From: Spirochaetia bacterium
Lineage (GTDB): Bacteria; Spirochaetota; Spirochaetia; DSM-2461
Length of the DNA: 64,000 bases
Direction of reading: 5' to 3'
Assembly (NCBI GenBank): GCA_963668315.1
Contig: OY764216.1
Span: 1,920,001 to 1,984,000 of the forward strand
The notes under the pieces were generated by a model. The model ran no database searches. It had not been told where the DNA came from and saw only the letters and a program-made list of their open reading frames with translations. Positions 23,225 to 32,820 of this stretch are shown piece by piece; position 1 is the stretch's first letter, and every line of letters starts with the position of its first letter. Made by a program: the position numbers and the translations under genes.

Positions 23225-24214
23225 CTACGGAAGAATCCCGTTCTTCCCGAGATAGTCCTCCAGTTCAGAATGAAGATGATCTCTCTCCTCTTTACTCACC
23301 AGAGCTGCCTCAAAACCGTTTTTTACCAGATCTATAATTTCCCTGTCGGAAATCCCCATCTTCTCCTGTATCAGATGATATTCCTCTTCAAGGGTACTGC
23401 CGAAGATCAGAGGGTCGTCTCTGCTTATGGTACAGCGAACCCCTGAACGAATCAGCTTTTTCAGGGGATGTTCTTCAAGGGAGGGGGCTACCCCCAGTTT
23501 GACATTGCTGACGGGACAAACATCCAGGGTCACACCCTTAGCGGCCAGAAACCGGAGTGTTTCTTCATCCTCTACAGCCCGTACTCCATGTTCTATCCTG
23601 CTGACCTGTAATGTCTCTACTACAGATCGGATAAAATCCGGTCCCATAAACTCGCCCGCATGACACTTCGTGAATTTTCCTGCTTCACCGGCCTTGCTGA
23701 ACAGGTCAGCCGCCCAGCTGCCCAGAGTTTCCGTTTCGTCGCCGTGTATATCAAACCCGTCAAGATTGGGACAGCTAAGTCCCTCTTTGATGGAAGACGC
23801 AAACGAGTCGTATCCCGAGTGGTGTATGCCCAGAAACAGACGGACGGTCATATCACGGGGGACGGTAGATTTCACAGCTGCGCAGACTTCATAAAGGTCC
23901 AGTCCGGCGAATTCCAGGCAGCCGGAGGCGATACTGGTCTCAAGATAGCGGACACCCTGCTCGCGGGCATCGTCGAAAACTGCTTTCGCTGCAGTATGGT
24001 ATCGTTCCACCGAATTGAACCAGACTCCCGCCAGGGAAAGCAGTTCCCTGTCAAAGTCGCTGAATGATTTGAACCGGTAATTTCTCTTCCAGAAGGGAGG
24101 CAGTTCGGCATATTTTTCCGGATCGATTCCCCGAAGAAGAGAATAGGGGAGAGAGCCTTCCAGATGAAGGTGAAATTCCCCTTTGGGTATCTCTTTTAGC
24201 TGTTCTCTTGTCAT
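23225..24214 (-). CDS. Adenosine/adenine deaminase family protein
   Basis: EFHLHLEGS, HAGE, RIEHGV, CPVSN and DDP metal-binding motifs. Confidence 0.9.
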   Translation of the reverse strand: MTREQLKEIPKGEFHLHLEGSLPYSLLRGIDPEKYAELPPFWKRNYRFKSFSDFDRELLSLAGVWFNSVERYHTAAKAVFDDAREQGVRYLETSIASGCLEFAGLDLYEVCAAVKSTVPRDMTVRLFLGIHHSGYDSFASSIKEGLSCPNLDGFDIHGDETETLGSWAADLFSKAGEAGKFTKCHAGEFMGPDFIRSVVETLQVSRIEHGVRAVEDEETLRFLAAKGVTLDVCPVSNVKLGVAPSLEEHPLKKLIRSGVRCTISRDDPLIFGSTLEEEYHLIQEKMGISDREIIDLVKNGFEAALVSKEERDHLHSELEDYLGKNGILP

Positions 24215-24276
24215 GTCTTTAATAATAGTTTAAGGTTGTCAATCAGACAAGGGGTGACAGGAACCCGGGAGGCATT

Positions 24277-25011
24277 ATGGACTATATTTCCGGTTTTCAC
24301 GGTATTGAGGAACTTCTCCGGTCAGGGACCGCCGGGGTTCTGTACGTCAGCAGGAAAAGCGCCCGCTCAGAAGAGCTTATCAAGCTCTGCCGGGAGAAGG
24401 GGCTTTCCATAAAGCATGTGAAAAAAGACTTTCTGGATAAGAAATGCGGTAAGGAGAAACACCGCGGGTTCGCCTTTCTGCCCGAGGGAAAACAAGTCGA
24501 GGCGAATACTCTTAAAAATCGATTTGATTCGGTAGACTCATTCCTTAAAACCGTGAAGGGTAAGACAAATCCCCTGGTACTTGTTCTTGACGGTATCACC
24601 GATCCCCATAACCTGGGGGCCATTCTCCGTTCGGCCGATCAATTTGCTGTCGACCTTGTGGTCATTCCCACCCGCCGTTCCGCCGGTGAAAGCGACACGG
24701 TCGCCCGTACTTCGGCCGGTGCGCTCCAGTGGGTTCCCCTTCTGCAGGTGAATAACCTGAAGCGTACCCTGGAAGAACTAAAATCCGGCGGCTTCTGGAT
24801 CTACGGAGCCGATATGGGAGGAAAAGCAGCCCGAGAGACCGATCTGACCGGTCCCACTGTCATTGTCATGGGAAGCGAGGGCTCCGGTCTCTCCCGCCTG
24901 GTCAGTGAAGCCTGCGACGGGATTATCTCCATACCCATGTCCGGCCATGTGGATTCCCTGAATGTTTCGGTGGCTACGGGGATTCTTCTTTATGAGGCAC
25001 GCCGGGGTTAA
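24277..25011 (+). CDS. rlmB: 23S rRNA (Gm2251) 2'-O-methyltransferase, SpoU family
   Basis: LDGITDPHNLGAILRSA, GSEGSG and IPMSGHVDSLNVSVA. Confidence 0.9.
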   Translation: MDYISGFHGIEELLRSGTAGVLYVSRKSARSEELIKLCREKGLSIKHVKKDFLDKKCGKEKHRGFAFLPEGKQVEANTLKNRFDSVDSFLKTVKGKTNPLVLVLDGITDPHNLGAILRSADQFAVDLVVIPTRRSAGESDTVARTSAGALQWVPLLQVNNLKRTLEELKSGGFWIYGADMGGKAARETDLTGPTVIVMGSEGSGLSRLVSEACDGIISIPMSGHVDSLNVSVATGILLYEARRG

Positions 25012-25885
25012 GGGCCGAGAAGATCAGACCCGCTACGATAATCACGCTGGCAATAAGAAAATTTCTCTGGGGCACTTCTCCGAAGAAAAGAAAGCCCATG
25101 ATTCCCGCATAGAGAAACTGGGATGTGTTGAAAAGGGAGACGAGCTGTCCTCTCATTTTGCTCATGGCCCAGTTCATGATGGAGTGTCCGCCTATCGTGC
25201 ATACGATTCCCAGGGCGAAGACGGCTATAATGTCGCTGCGGGTTAATGGCGCGGTAAAGGGATTGGTCATTGTAAAGGAAAAGAGGAAGCAGAAAATTCC
25301 CCCCGCCAGATACAGGGGAAAGAGATAGGTCCACAATCCCTTCATAAATCTTTTTGATAGGACAAGATATGTCGCCAGGGTAATCATGGAGAAAAGGCAG
25401 GCGATATCGCCGCGGAAAAAGGTCCTGTCCAGGTTCAGATCATTGTGGACCAGAAAGAAACTGCCGAAAAGGACCAGCAGGCTTCCCAGTGCTTCCCGTT
25501 TTCCCAGCCGTTCTCCCGCCATTATGAGAAGCAGAAGGGGAGTGACCGCCGGCGTGAGATTGACGATGAGTGTGGAGTGGGCGCTGGGAATCATCCGGGC
25601 GCCGGTAATCCAGGTAATAAAGTGGACCGACAGGAGAATTCCGGGGATACAGGGCATCAGAAGATCTCTTGCCGTATAAGGCTCGGAGGCTCTTTTCAGT
25701 TCTCTGAGGAAGAAAGGGAAAAGGAAAAAAGCCGCCGCCAGGAGCCGATAGCTGGCAAGGAGTACGGGATCCAGGGTGGAGCTTTTAATGAAATAAACCG
25801 AACTGACTCCCAGGATTTCCCCGGCAGACAGGATCAGCAGGCGTAGGGGAGTCGCTCCCGTGTCTTTGGAATTCATGAAAGGCAT
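24974..25885 (-). CDS. DMT/EamA family transporter
   Basis: About 10 TM segments in two EamA-like repeats (GILLSVHFITW, CTIGGHSIMNWAM, FFGE). Start uncertain (25885 or 25876). Confidence 0.85.
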   Translation of the reverse strand: MPFMNSKDTGATPLRLLILSAGEILGVSSVYFIKSSTLDPVLLASYRLLAAAFFLFPFFLRELKRASEPYTARDLLMPCIPGILLSVHFITWITGARMIPSAHSTLIVNLTPAVTPLLLLIMAGERLGKREALGSLLVLFGSFFLVHNDLNLDRTFFRGDIACLFSMITLATYLVLSKRFMKGLWTYLFPLYLAGGIFCFLFSFTMTNPFTAPLTRSDIIAVFALGIVCTIGGHSIMNWAMSKMRGQLVSLFNTSQFLYAGIMGFLFFGEVPQRNFLIASVIIVAGLIFSALNPGVPHKEESP

Positions 25886-25919
25886 TGTAAAAGATTCTGT
25901 AAAATAATACAATTTCCCC

Positions 25920-26660
25920 ATGGTAATTTACTATCTGGGAACCCTTATATTTTGGATTTTCTTCGTCCTTACCATGGTGCTGAACTTTTTCCTCTCCCTT
26001 GTTCTCTGGATATTTACCCGGCCCTTTGACAAGAAAGGAGTCATTCTTCACTATTTCGCCTGTTTCTGGGCATCCCTCTATACCTGGTTCAATCCTTTTC
26101 TCAAGCTTACCATTGTGGGGCGGGAAAAGCTGGAGAGGGGAAAGACTTACGTCATCTGTTCCAACCATCGCTCCGTCATGGATATCGTTATTCTCTACAG
26201 GCTATTCTTTCATTATAAATGGGTTTCAAAGAAGGAGATTTTTCAGGTTCCCTTTCTGGGGTGGAACATGTATCTCAACCGCTATGTCTATCTGGACAGG
26301 AATAAACTATCCAGTCAGAGGCAGATGCTTAAGGACTGTGAAGATCATCTCTCCCGGGGGAGTTCCCTGATTATCTTCCCCGAGGGTACCCGCTCTCCCG
26401 ACGGTAAAAGGGTGGGGAAATTCCGGGACGGGGCATTTCTGCTGGCAAAGAAAATGCAGTGTGATGTACTGCCCGTAGCCGTAAGCGGCACGGAGGACGT
26501 CTTTACCAGAGATATCATCTACCGGAGGAAATATCCCATGAAGATAACCCTTCTCGATCCCATCCCCTGGAACAGGGGTGGAGACAATATCAAGGAGCTG
26601 GCCAGGGAGACACGGGAACGTATTGTGGAAACTCTGGAACGGGAAGAGGGAAAAGCTTAA
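25920..26660 (+). CDS. plsC: 1-acyl-sn-glycerol-3-phosphate acyltransferase
   Basis: NHRSVMD (HxxxxD) and FPEGTRS motifs. Confidence 0.88.
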   Translation: MVIYYLGTLIFWIFFVLTMVLNFFLSLVLWIFTRPFDKKGVILHYFACFWASLYTWFNPFLKLTIVGREKLERGKTYVICSNHRSVMDIVILYRLFFHYKWVSKKEIFQVPFLGWNMYLNRYVYLDRNKLSSQRQMLKDCEDHLSRGSSLIIFPEGTRSPDGKRVGKFRDGAFLLAKKMQCDVLPVAVSGTEDVFTRDIIYRRKYPMKITLLDPIPWNRGGDNIKELARETRERIVETLEREEGKA

Positions 26661-28285
26661 TACCCGTCGGACATGGCGCGGTTAAGATCTTTTTTATTCA
26701 GCTCGCTGTACACAAACCCGCGCAGTTTCAGATTGTTTTTGATCTCCTGCGGGAAGGGAATGTAGCGCCAGAATATTTCGCGCACGTCCTTGTTTAATTT
26801 CTGCATCGCTTCGCTCTCCTTGGTTATCCAGAGAAAGTAATCGTCCTGAAACCGGGCTTTCACATCGCCCTTCATCTTGGCGCTGGTAAACCACTGATAG
26901 TAGAAACCGGTCAGCCCTTCCTCCATCCAGTAGTGGGAGGACTTCTCCTTGGCCACTTCCCAGCGGAGGGCGGCGAGAGCGTAAATAACGGCGATTTTAA
27001 GATCCTTGGGAAACATGGGAATCACGATTCTGCCCCGGCTGGTGCTGCGGTTGAACTTTTCAAAGGGTTCCCAGCAGATTCCCCGGTCACCGAAGCAGGG
27101 AATGATGATCGTATGGGGCACAATCCTGTTGCTCTGCTGGCGAAAAACCCGGCGGAAAATGCCCGGATCCAGTTTTTCGACTTCTGCCATGATGGTGAGA
27201 ATATTCTCTTTGGTTCCCACCTGGTTAAGATCGGAGTAGAAGTAATTTTTCATAAGAAAGGGAAAGTGATTCCCCTGCCGGCCCACGCATAGCTTATGGG
27301 CCTGGCGAAGGCTGTCCACTTCCGCCGCCAGGGCGCTGGAATTCACGACCAAGCTCTCTCCCATTCCGTCGAGCTTGCGTTTCAACACTTCCAGATCCTT
27401 GGACGATTCGTTGAGCTTCTGATAATTCTGGCTGATCTCCCTGTCCAGTTTGCTCAGATCGCGCAGAACCTCGAGCATCTGGTTGAGGTAGTTCTTCTGA
27501 ACCTCCGTATAGGGCGTCTCAAGCTCCGTGAAAATGGAATGGGTTCTATGTTCAAGCAGCTGCTTTACCCGTCCCTCGAGGGTCTGTTCCTTCTGCCGGC
27601 GCTGGGTCTGCAGTTTCTGTATGAACATGACATTGGTGGAGTGGGAGCCCTTGGCTTTTTCGAACTGATTCTTAACCTTCTGGGCCGAGGTCTGCTTGGA
27701 AATCTGTATTTCATCGGTGGCCAGGGGATTTACCTCTCCCGTACCAACTTTATAGAGCCATTCATCCTGATAATGGAGAGGCTCGCTTATCTTGCTGTCC
27801 ATAATGATTCTTGACAGCATATCCCGCTGTTCGGGAGAGGTGGTCGTGGGAATAAGGGCCCCGTATCTCAGGGTCAGCTTTTTGGGAAGTTTCAGATCGG
27901 AGCCCACTTTCCTGGAAAGGGACTTAAGGTATTCCCAGTAGTTGGTCATCAGCCTCATTCGGAAGGTTGTTTTATCCTGAGGATCGGCAGCCTTGAGAAA
28001 GGCGGCGATATTCCTGTGGAGCAGTTCAGCCGCTTCCCCTTCGCCCGCCAGGGCAATTTTATAGTAATTGGGATTGTAGAAATATTTCTGAGGGGGCTGT
28101 TCGAAAATTTTCACCTCTTCGAACTCATCTTTCATGATGGTCGGGTCATCGGGCATGGAGTTGGCAATGGAATTTTCACCCATCAGTGAGTTGAAGTCAG
28201 GAACGTCCGAGGAAGGGGTTAGACTGTCGTCTAGAAGACTTGCTATATCGGGATCCAATTCTTGAGAAAAATCATCTGAAACCAT
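26657..28285 (-). CDS. Hypothetical cytoplasmic protein with central coiled coil
   Basis: 542-aa ORF with an acidic N-terminus, a heptad-rich centre and a Trp-rich C-terminal domain (HYWMEEGLTG). No family recognised. Confidence 0.7.
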   Translation of the reverse strand: MVSDDFSQELDPDIASLLDDSLTPSSDVPDFNSLMGENSIANSMPDDPTIMKDEFEEVKIFEQPPQKYFYNPNYYKIALAGEGEAAELLHRNIAAFLKAADPQDKTTFRMRLMTNYWEYLKSLSRKVGSDLKLPKKLTLRYGALIPTTTSPEQRDMLSRIIMDSKISEPLHYQDEWLYKVGTGEVNPLATDEIQISKQTSAQKVKNQFEKAKGSHSTNVMFIQKLQTQRRQKEQTLEGRVKQLLEHRTHSIFTELETPYTEVQKNYLNQMLEVLRDLSKLDREISQNYQKLNESSKDLEVLKRKLDGMGESLVVNSSALAAEVDSLRQAHKLCVGRQGNHFPFLMKNYFYSDLNQVGTKENILTIMAEVEKLDPGIFRRVFRQQSNRIVPHTIIIPCFGDRGICWEPFEKFNRSTSRGRIVIPMFPKDLKIAVIYALAALRWEVAKEKSSHYWMEEGLTGFYYQWFTSAKMKGDVKARFQDDYFLWITKESEAMQKLNKDVREIFWRYIPFPQEIKNNLKLRGFVYSELNKKDLNRAMSDGY

Positions 28286-28410
28286 ATCTCCAGTATAATT
28301 ATTATATGAAGAGAGTCAAGAATGGTCTCGGGGAGTGGAGAAAAGGATAAAAAGTATTTGCTTTTTTATAGGGAAAAAGGTAATAATAAGATCAGATAAA
28401 GGAGTGCGAT

Positions 28411-28680
28411 ATGGAATCGTCCATTTTTTATGTAACTATCAGAGAGAAGTACGAGGAAAGTCTCAAAGAGTTTTTTCCCTATTTGGCTCCGGAATATAAA
28501 AACATCGCCCGTAATTTTACCAAAGGAAAAAAATATCCCGTTCTCTCCGTGGAAAGTATCACACTGGTGGGAGAGGACGATACTAATGTGGATTCGGCCC
28601 GTTTTCTTGTCCCCACGGAGAACGGTAATTTTCTATGGGTCCTATCTGAGATTTTCGTATTCGCCGGAACGGAGAAATGA
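28411..28680 (+). CDS. Small hypothetical protein
   Basis: AAGGAG SD upstream; its stop overlaps the nnr start (ATGA). Confidence 0.7.
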   Translation: MESSIFYVTIREKYEESLKEFFPYLAPEYKNIARNFTKGKKYPVLSVESITLVGEDDTNVDSARFLVPTENGNFLWVLSEIFVFAGTEK

Positions 28681-30230
28681 AAATCCTGTCTCCCTCCCGG
28701 ATGAGACATCTGGAAGGGGAGGCGGAACAACAGGGGTTACCTTCCTCTATTCTTATGGAACGGGCGGCGCAGGCCGTATTCCAGCTTATCCGTAAAGATT
28801 ATCCCTCACTCTCCGGGCCTGTGCTGATTGTTTGCGGCAGAGGCAACAACGGGGGGGACGGGCTTGCTCTGGCCACTCTGCTCAATCCCCATGGACAGGT
28901 ATGTCTTGCCCTGGGGGAACCGGAAGAGGGTTCTCTCGGAGCTTTCCATCTTGCCCGCTGCCGTGAAATGGGTATAACCGTAGAAGGACCAGAATGGTTT
29001 CTGGCACAGAAAAGCGAGGATTACTCCCTCATTGTCGATGCCCTTCTGGGTACGGGACTGAACCGGCCTGTATCGGGAACCACAGGGCGGATTATAGATA
29101 AAATCAACCGTTCGGGAAAGCCTGTTGTCAGTGTTGATATTCCCTCGGGAGTCAACGGGTTGAACGGACGGATCGAAGGTACGGCGGTCAGAGCGGATAA
29201 AACGGTTACCTTCGGCCTCCCCAAGGGGGGGAATCTTCTGTATCCCGGGTTCGGTCGGGGAGGAGACCTCAATCTTTCCTCCCTGGATATATCCCCGGAG
29301 TTAAGGGAAAAAGAGACTTCTCTCTTCCGTATAAACGAGCCTGAGGCCCTGCCGGCAAGAGAGCCGTCCGGACATAAAAGTACCTGGGGCTCTCTTCTCT
29401 TTGTCGGCGGTTCATCCCGTTACGGGGGGGCGCCTCTGTTTGCTTCCTCCGCCTTTCTGAAAAGCGGAGGCGGATTCGTAAATCTTGTGATTCCCGAAAG
29501 TCTCTCCCTTCCCATGATGATCGGACTCCCCGAAGCCGTCCAGCATCCCATGCCCGCCCTGAGAGGGCCCTTTCTGGGGATGGGTCATCTGGAGGAAATC
29601 CAGGAGATGGCCTCGGGAAAGCGTATCCTCCTTCTCGGGCCGGGAATGGGGCTTGAAGAGGAAACCGGCGAACTGGTGCGGGAACTCGTTCGCACCTCAT
29701 CGATACCTGTCATCGTCGACGGAGACGGATTAACCCATCTGGCCGGTCACGAAGAGCTGGCCCGGCAGCAACGTCTCTATATGACGCCCCATCCCGGGGA
29801 GGCCGCCCGGCTTCTGAAGACAGGTCCCGCCGATATCGAATCCGACCGCCCGGGCGCGGTAAGGGAACTGGCCGAGAGATACGGAGCTACTGTCGTTCTG
29901 AAGGGGGCCCATTCCCTTATCGCCGCTCCCGGGGAGGATATCCGAATGAACCTTACCGGGGATACGTCCCTGGCTACGGCCGGCTCGGGCGATATCCTCG
30001 GCGGCATCTTGGGAGCCATGCTCGGAATGGGGCTGATGGGCGGCGATGCCCTCGGAACGGCTGTGTTTCTTCACGGTCTTGCCGGAGAAGAGGCGGGAAC
30101 ACGTCTGGGGCAGGATAGCGTGCTTGCTTCGGATATTCTGGATGCCCTTCCCTCGGCCGTCAGAAATTACCGTTCCGATTTCAGCCGCTACCGAAGCGGA
30201 TTGAACGGGCGCATAGGCATCATTCCGTGA
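28677..30230 (+). CDS. nnr: Bifunctional NAD(P)H-hydrate epimerase/dehydratase (YjeF)
   Basis: LMERAA, CGRGNNGGDG, DALLGTG, VDIPSG, TPHPGEAARL, VLKG and ATAGSGD. Confidence 0.93.
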   Translation: MKILSPSRMRHLEGEAEQQGLPSSILMERAAQAVFQLIRKDYPSLSGPVLIVCGRGNNGGDGLALATLLNPHGQVCLALGEPEEGSLGAFHLARCREMGITVEGPEWFLAQKSEDYSLIVDALLGTGLNRPVSGTTGRIIDKINRSGKPVVSVDIPSGVNGLNGRIEGTAVRADKTVTFGLPKGGNLLYPGFGRGGDLNLSSLDISPELREKETSLFRINEPEALPAREPSGHKSTWGSLLFVGGSSRYGGAPLFASSAFLKSGGGFVNLVIPESLSLPMMIGLPEAVQHPMPALRGPFLGMGHLEEIQEMASGKRILLLGPGMGLEEETGELVRELVRTSSIPVIVDGDGLTHLAGHEELARQQRLYMTPHPGEAARLLKTGPADIESDRPGAVRELAERYGATVVLKGAHSLIAAPGEDIRMNLTGDTSLATAGSGDILGGILGAMLGMGLMGGDALGTAVFLHGLAGEEAGTRLGQDSVLASDILDALPSAVRNYRSDFSRYRSGLNGRIGIIP

Positions 30231-30859
30231 ATCCCTACATCCTCTATGAAGACAGGGATATCCTTATCGCGGATAAACCGGGAGGACTGCTGTCCGTTCC
30301 GGGCCGGGGGCCGGAGAAACAGGACTGCCTTGTCAGACGGCTGATGGAAGATTATCCGGAACTCCTTGTGATTCACCGGCTGGACCAGGGGACATCGGGG
30401 CTGATGGTCTTTGGCCGCAACCGGGAAGCCCAAAGATCATTGGGCCGTTCTTTTGAGGATAGGGTAATCCGAAAAGAGTATGAAGCCCTTCTTCTGGGCA
30501 CTCTTCCATCCGAACAGGGCAGGGCCGAATTTTTCCAGCGGCTGGACGTCGAAAACCGTCCTTATCAGATTCTTGATGAGGAAAGGGGAAAGAAAGGTAT
30601 TACCGAGTGGAGGGTCAAAGACGTATTTGAGCGGGGAGACCGCTCCGTGAGCCGGGTGCGCTTTTTTCCATTGACCGGGAGAACCCATCAGCTGCGTCTG
30701 CATTCCCGGGAACTGGGAGCACCCATCGGGGGAGATCCTCTCTACGGATACGGAGAAGACGCTCAGTTCCCCCGGCTTATGCTTCATGCGGCTTTACTGG
30801 CCTTTCCCCATCCACGGACGGGGTATGACTTCTGCATCCGCCTGTCCGTCCCCTTCTGA
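30227..30859 (+). CDS. RluA-family pseudouridine synthase
   Basis: DKPGGLLSVPG, HRLDQGTSG, TGRTHQLRLH and GDPLYG. Confidence 0.92.
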   Translation: MNPYILYEDRDILIADKPGGLLSVPGRGPEKQDCLVRRLMEDYPELLVIHRLDQGTSGLMVFGRNREAQRSLGRSFEDRVIRKEYEALLLGTLPSEQGRAEFFQRLDVENRPYQILDEERGKKGITEWRVKDVFERGDRSVSRVRFFPLTGRTHQLRLHSRELGAPIGGDPLYGYGEDAQFPRLMLHAALLAFPHPRTGYDFCIRLSVPF

Positions 30860-30862
30860 CTT

Positions 30863-32218
30863 CTATCTGTCCAGCCGACCCAGCAGTTTGACCAGCTGCG
30901 ATTTATCGATAAGGTCGATAAGACGGGCTTCTACGAAGTTTGTCGATTCCGTGCTGAATGATCCGGGGCTCAGGTAGAATCCACGCCCGGCATGGACCTC
31001 CTTCATCCTGGCGTACAGTTCTCTGACGCTCAGTTCCCCCAGATGTCCTTCCGTCCTGCCGAAGCGAAAGAGAATCACATCTTCCCATTTGCGGGCCCGG
31101 ACCTCGGTCAGCATATCCACATAGTTGTTCTGGGCGACTTTGATATCCATTACCTTTATTTTTGCATCGGGAATGATGATGTTGGTCAGCTGGCGGCACA
31201 GGGTGTTGAAATCGCTTATGGACGCCCTCAAGTAAAGGCGAAGTTTCTTATTGCGGTTCAGTTCGGTATACTGTTTGATAAGGTTGTCCGCGTCCTTATA
31301 GCCCGGATTCAGGGACGAAAGGGTATTAAGGGATTCCAATGCGCTGGTCAGATCTCCCATATGGTTGAAGGCATTGGCCTGGCGATAGAGAAGTTCCTGA
31401 TGTATGGCAGGCTGGATCGTCTCATGGCGCAGTCCGATTCCGTAATCGGTGGCGGCCTTCGGGTGCTCGTTTCTTTTCTGATATATCGTCCCGGCGTAAA
31501 GAGCCGAATTCGGTCCCCAGAGAGGGTCGGCTCGCAGATGGGTGTAAAATTTCAGGGCCAGATCATGCTGATTGAGTTCGTAATAACAGCAGGCCAGGGC
31601 AAAGACGGCTTCCTTATCCTCCGGATGGCTGGTAATTCGCTGTTTAAGATAGGACTGGGCTTCCCTGTATTTTTTCAGTTTGAAAAGAGCCTGTCCGTAA
31701 TATTTGAGCGACTCTTCATGATCGGGCTGAACGGCTATCGCCCTTTTGAGAAACAGCATGGATTTTTCATAGGCCTTGCGAAGATATTCCAGTTTCCCCA
31801 GGGAGGCGTTAATCTCAAAGCGGTCGGGATGTTTCTCCCGGGCGAATGCCAGGGCTTTATAGGCTTCCTTATATGATTTGCAGTGCATGCATGAAAGCCC
31901 GTAGTTCAGGTTGATTTCAAAATCGTCCAGGCTGGAATCCAGGGCGGCCGAATCTAAAAGAAGCCTGTATGTTTTCATGGCTTTGTCGTAATTACCCATA
32001 TCGTAGTGAACATCGGCTATGATTTTCAGAGCTCCTCTGTCCTTGGGGTTGCTGGCCAAGCGTTTGTTGGCTTCCGACAGGAGGGTCTTCTGATCTTTTT
32101 CCATATTCTGACCGCGTTTATTTTTTACCGCGTTGGCTATTAAAGAAAAGACAACAAAGAAGAGAACCACAATAATTGAGACTGGAATGATGTAGGAAAC
32201 CATTATTGAATTATCCAT
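30863..32218 (-). CDS. Membrane-anchored TPR protein with C-terminal Mrr-like (restriction-endonuclease-fold) domain
   Basis: N-terminal TM, many TPR helices and a C-terminus ...VRELYARM...RGFYLSPGSFS...LIDLIDKSQL that resembles the Mrr_cat pattern. Confidence 0.7.
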   Translation of the reverse strand: MDNSIMVSYIIPVSIIVVLFFVVFSLIANAVKNKRGQNMEKDQKTLLSEANKRLASNPKDRGALKIIADVHYDMGNYDKAMKTYRLLLDSAALDSSLDDFEINLNYGLSCMHCKSYKEAYKALAFAREKHPDRFEINASLGKLEYLRKAYEKSMLFLKRAIAVQPDHEESLKYYGQALFKLKKYREAQSYLKQRITSHPEDKEAVFALACCYYELNQHDLALKFYTHLRADPLWGPNSALYAGTIYQKRNEHPKAATDYGIGLRHETIQPAIHQELLYRQANAFNHMGDLTSALESLNTLSSLNPGYKDADNLIKQYTELNRNKKLRLYLRASISDFNTLCRQLTNIIIPDAKIKVMDIKVAQNNYVDMLTEVRARKWEDVILFRFGRTEGHLGELSVRELYARMKEVHAGRGFYLSPGSFSTESTNFVEARLIDLIDKSQLVKLLGRLDR

Positions 32219-32301
32219 AAACAGATGGCCTTTTGTCAAGAAAAATAGAAAGAGTTGGCAAATTAATTGACAAATCCCATACGAATGTTTAGGATCAACC
32301 T

Positions 32302-32817
32302 ATGGACGAAGTAAACAATCGTCATATCTGCCTTAAACTGGCCGATAGATCTCTATATAGTCTTTATAATTACGGCCAGGCGGGGGAGAGACTGATCGTC
32401 CTTTCTCCGGCCTCGGAAAGCCAGGATAAAAACGAAATCTCCCTCTTTGACTGCACGGGAGATAAAAAGATACTGCTCAGGGATATCCTTCTGGAAAATC
32501 CGGGGGATATGAAACTGAAATTTTCCCTCGGTCAGGGATACCTTTCCTACAGAATAATGAACCTTTCCGGAGTGCTTCTGGATAAAGGACTCATCGAACT
32601 GCTTCCCGAAAGTGAAGAGACAGGTCTTTCCCTTGATACGGAAGGGAGAAGGGATGTTCCCCGGGAGAGGAAGCGCCGTTCTCCCCGAAAGGGCTGGGTC
32701 CTCTTTTCCGTATTCCTGTCCCTCGGTATTCTTTTCTTCGGCAGTATGGTGATGGTAAGCCGGGCCGAGAGAAAAGAGCTTCCCCCCCTTATTACCTCGG
32801 AGATGCCTCCCCGCTGA
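32302..32817 (+). CDS. Hypothetical protein with C-terminal membrane anchor
   Basis: 171-aa ORF with a basic stretch followed by a TM segment. Ends 3 bp before the next gene. Confidence 0.6.
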   Translation: MDEVNNRHICLKLADRSLYSLYNYGQAGERLIVLSPASESQDKNEISLFDCTGDKKILLRDILLENPGDMKLKFSLGQGYLSYRIMNLSGVLLDKGLIELLPESEETGLSLDTEGRRDVPRERKRRSPRKGWVLFSVFLSLGILFFGSMVMVSRAERKELPPLITSEMPPR

Positions 32818-32820
32818 TTT

